Shown here: positions 60,001-64,000 of the stretch, piece after piece
Layout: every line of letters starts with the position of its first letter
Numbering within the stretch: position 1 is the first letter of the stretch
Assembly: GCA_030390025.1 (NCBI GenBank)
Contig: CM059430.1
Location: forward strand, 73,098,001-73,162,000
Direction of reading: 5' to 3'
DNA length: 64,000 nt
DNA from: Squalus acanthias
Lineage: Eukaryota
Made by a program: the position numbers and the translations under genes
The notes under the pieces: generated by a model
Database searches by the model: none
The model's input: only the letters and a program-made list of their open reading frames with translations
What the model was told of the DNA's origin: nothing

Positions 60001-61020
60001 ACTTTGTAATATTTTTTAGTCATCCTTTGCTGGTTTCTTAAAATTTCCCAATCCTCTGGCCTATCATTAATCATCGCAACATTTAATGCCTTTTCTTCCA
60101 TTTGATACCATCCTTAACTTCCTTAGTTAGCCACGGATGATGCATCCTTCTCGTAGAACCTTTCTTTCTCACTGGAATATACCTTTGCTGAGATTTATGA
60201 AATACCCCCTTAAATATCTGCCATTGCTGATCTAACAACTTACTCTTTAATCTATTTTTTCAGTCCAATTTAGGCAACTCTCTTCTCATACCCTCGTAAT
60301 TGCCTTTATTTAAGTTAAGGACACAAGTTTCAGACCCAAGTTGATCACCCTCAAACTAAATTTGAAATACTACCATGTTATGATCACCCTTTCCTAGGGG
60401 ATCCTTTACTATGAGATCATTATTTAATCCTGTCTCATTATACATTACCAGATCTAAAATAGACAGCTTCCTCGTTGGTTCCTCAACGTATTGCTCGAAT
60501 AATCCATTCCAAATACACTCAATGAACTCGTCCTCATGGCTACCCTAGCCAATTTGATTTGTCCAATTTTTATGATGATTAAAATCGCCCATGAATATTG
60601 CTGTATCTTTCTTACAAGCCCCTATTATTTCTTAATTTATAATCTACATTATAGGTAGTTTTAGGGGGCCTTCATTCCACTCCCACCAGTGACTTCTTAT
60701 CTCCACCTAAACTAATGCTACACCTTGAGCTTCTGAGCCAATATCATTCCTCACCACTGCAGTGATCTCATGCTTTAGTAAGAGAGCTATCCCACCTCCT
60801 TTTCCTTTCTGCCTATCCTTCCGAAATTTCAAATTACCTTGAATATTCAGTTACCAGCCTTGGTCACCTTGCAACCAAGCATCTGTAATGGCTGTCAGAT
60901 CATACCCATTTATTTCTATTTGTGCCGTCAACTCAGCTATCTTATTGCGAATGCTGAGTGCATTCAGATAAAGAAGCCTTTAATTTTATCTTGTCATTTT
61001 TCCTTACTTTGACTGTATTT
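57004..61020 (-). mobile_element. Older CR1 ORF2 split by a young CR1 insertion (58640..59725)
   Basis: The host element is continuous across ...CTAGTGATAG | ...ATAGAGATTG. The insert carries an (AACATAAG)n tail and an intact RT C-terminus. Confidence 0.9.
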
Positions 61021-61429
61021 TCTTTTGCACTCTTATGCTTGTATGATCTGCCCCTTCCTGATACATTCTGGTTATCGTTACCCCTGTCGTGGCCCTACAC
61101 TATTGACTTCTCCTTTCACCTTGCCTTCCGAAATACCCCTTCACCTGAACCCTTATCTTTTATTTCCAGCTTGGCTTTTCTCCCTTCTGATTCTACCCTC
61201 AGGTTCCCATCCCCCTGCCAAGCTCGGATAAACCCTTTATTTTCTGTAAACTTACTATTACGGACATCCACATGGAAACTATAACGAATGTCGTACGGGA
61301 CTGATATAATTAAACACGACCAGTTGAAGTAATTTATTTGGATTTTCGAAGTCATATGCTGAAGCTCTGCATCTGATGCTTTTAAAGAAACATTTCAACT
61401 TGCGAAAAGGAATGCATTTTTCTTTAAGA

Positions 61430-63500
61430 GAATTCCACCACAATCTGTAACCTCATGGCCCGGCATATCCCTCACTGTACCATTAACATCAAGCCAGGTG
61501 ACATAACCTCGTTCAATAAGGAGTGGAGAAGAGCATGCGAGGAGCAGCCCCAGGCGTGCCTAAAAATGAAGTGCTATCATGGGGAAGCTGCAACACAGGA
61601 CTACATGCATTCTAAAAAGTGGAAGTAGCATGGTATAGACATGGCTAAGCGATCCCACTAGCAACGGATCAGATGTGCAGTCCTGCCACATCCAGTCGTG
61701 AATGGTGGTGGACCGTAAAACAACTAACGGGAGGAGGAGGCTCCATGAATATCCCCATCATCAATGATGGTGGCACCTATCCCGTGAGTGCAAAAGATAA
61801 GGCTGAAGCGTTTGTAACCATCTTCAGCCAGAAGTGCCGAGTGGCGATTCATATCGGCCTCCTACTGAGGTCCTACCATCAGAGAAGCCAGCCTTCAGCC
61901 AATTCGATTCACTCCACGTGATATCAAGAAACGGCTGAGCGCACTTGATACAGAAATGGCTATGGGCCCCGACAACATCCCGGCTGTCGTGCTGAACACT
62001 TGTGCTCCAGAAATAGCCGCGACTCTAGTCAAGCTGTACCAGTACAGCTACAAAATTGGCATCGATTCGACAATGAGGAAAACTGCCCAGGTATGTCCTG
62101 TCCACAAAAAAAAAGGACAAATCCAACCCGACCAATTACCGCCCCATCAGTCTACTCTCAATCATCAGCCAATTGATGGAATGTGTCATTGGCAGTGCTA
62201 TCACGCGGCAGTTACTCACAAATAACCTGCTCAATGTTGCTCAGTTTGGGTTCTGCCAGGACCACTCGGCTCCAGACCGCAATACGACCTTGGACCAAAC
62301 ATGGAAAAAGAAATAAATTCCAGAGGTGATGTGTGAGTGACATCCTTTAATATCAACGCAGCATTTGACCGAGTGTGGCATCATGGAGCCTTAATAACAT
62401 TGAAGTCAATGGAAATTGGGGGGCGAAACTCTCCACTGGCTTGATTAAAACTTAGCACAAAGGGAGATGTTTTTGGTGGTTGGTGGTGAATCATCACAGC
62501 CCCAGGACATCGCTGCAGGAGTTCCTCAGGGCAGTGTCCAATCCGAACCATCTTCAGCTGCTTCATTAATGACCTTACCTCCATCATAATTTCAACAATG
62601 GCGATATTCGCAGATGATTCAGTACCATTCGCAACTCCTCAGATAATAAAGCAGTTCATACCTGCAGGCAACAAGTCATTGACGACATTCAGGCTTGAGC
62701 TGTTAAGTGGCAAGTGACAATCGCGCCACACAAGTGCCAGGCAATGACTATCTCCAACCAGCGAGAATCTAACCACAGCCCCATAACATTCAACTTCATT
62801 AAATCGCCGAATCCCCCACTTTCAACATCCTGGGGGTTAGCATTGAGCAGAAACTTAACTGGACCAGCCACATAAATACTATGGCAAAAAGAGCAAGTCA
62901 GAGGCTAGGTATTCTGTGGCGAGTGTCTCACCTCCTGACACCACAACGCCTTTCCACCAGCTACATGCCACAAGGAAGGAGTGTGATGGAATACTCTCCA
63001 CTTGCCTGGATGTGTGCAGCTCCAATAACACTAAACAAGCTCGACACCATCCAGGACAAAGCAGCCCGCTTCATTGGCACCCCATCCACCACCTGAAACA
63101 TTCACTCCATCCACCACCGACGTACCGTGGCTGCAGTGTGTACCATCTACAAGATGCACTGCAGTAAATATCTAAGGCTCCTTCGGCAGCACCTCCCAAA
63201 CCCGCGACCTCTACCACCTAGAAGGACAAGGGAATCTGGCGCATGGGAAAAGTACCACCTCCAAGTTCCTCTCAAAGTCACACACCATCCTGACTTGGAA
63301 GTTGATCGCCGCTCCTTCATCCTCGTTCCGTCAAAATCCTGGAACTCCCTACCTAACAGCATTGTGGGAGTACCTTCAACGCACGGACTGCAGCGGTTCA
63401 AGAATTCGGCTCACCACCACATTCTCAACGGCAACGAAGGATGGGCAATAAATGCTAGCCTTGCCAGCTATGCCCAAGTCCCATGAACGAATAAAAAAAC
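61430..63500 (+). mobile_element. LINE family B, longer decayed copy
   Basis: GPDNIPAVVL.TCAPE, VCPVHKK and MEYSPLAWM motifs; poly(A) end at about 63499. Confidence 0.88.
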
Positions 63501-63797
63501 ATGTTCAATGTATATGGTTGATGCTGGCGAGGCCAAGTTTATTGCCCATCCCGAGTGGCTCTGAGAAGCTTGTGGCGAGCGTCCTGCTTGCGTTGTCACA
63601 ATTGTGTTTAATAACTGGCTGCATTACTTGCTCAATTTAGATGGCATTAAAAGAGTTAAGATAAAAAGTTTACGTGGCTGGATTGAGTAAAGGCGGAAGA
63701 TTTCCTTCTCCGAAGGTCAATAACGAATTAGTTGGCATTTTTGGCGGTAAATCGTCAGGTTTCACGGTAACTTTTCTGGTGCAATTCCAAAAATTAC

Positions 63798-64000
63798 CAG
63801 AAACATTGAATTCAATATCGTAAGTTGCTGAGGTGTGTCTTGCTAGCTCAGTACAAATAAAGTAAATTTCCGTAGGGCAGCAGCGATCATCAGCGATGAT
63901 CAACAGATCGGTTTCCGCTTGAGGGTCATTTATAATTCGGCAGGACTCATTTCTGCTCATGCCTCTTTCCCGCCCGCTGTTGCAGAACGGGAATGTTTCT
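63798..64000 (-). other. Candidate exon fragment of a neighbouring gene, possibly the C-terminal half of a divergent Ig-like domain
   Basis: Non-repeat, CpG-containing frame open from the window edge: ...CRIINDPQAETDLLIIADDRCCPTEIYFIC...YDIEFNVS, ending at a phase-1 donor TCTG|GTAATT. Confidence 0.3.

Overview
Vertebrate genomic DNA, almost certainly from a cartilaginous fish (shark or ray), judged from HER1-type CR1 LINEs, HE1-type V-SINEs, a Deu-domain SINE and Penelope remnants. Most of the window is nested, decayed transposable elements. One host gene can be reconstructed on the minus strand from matching splice phases: leader (38665-38614), a V domain with a germline-joined J-like G strand (38036-37725), a C1-set domain (33783-33478), an optional stalk (21895-21863), a transmembrane exon with an NxxR motif (21707-21593) and a short tail (21495-21405, possibly extended to 19914-19902). 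It predicts a non-rearranging, TCR/Ig-light-chain-like VJ-C1 activating receptor of about 290-305 aa. Around it are relics of tandem duplication: a dead second leader exon with a V-exon start, a duplicated intron block and Ig-like fragments. The left end holds an internally deleted endogenous retrovirus-like element with a gag PSAP motif, an in-frame UGA-CUG gag-pro junction and a spliced env-like ORF with a signal peptide. All calls were made by eye, without database searches, and repeat boundaries are approximate.
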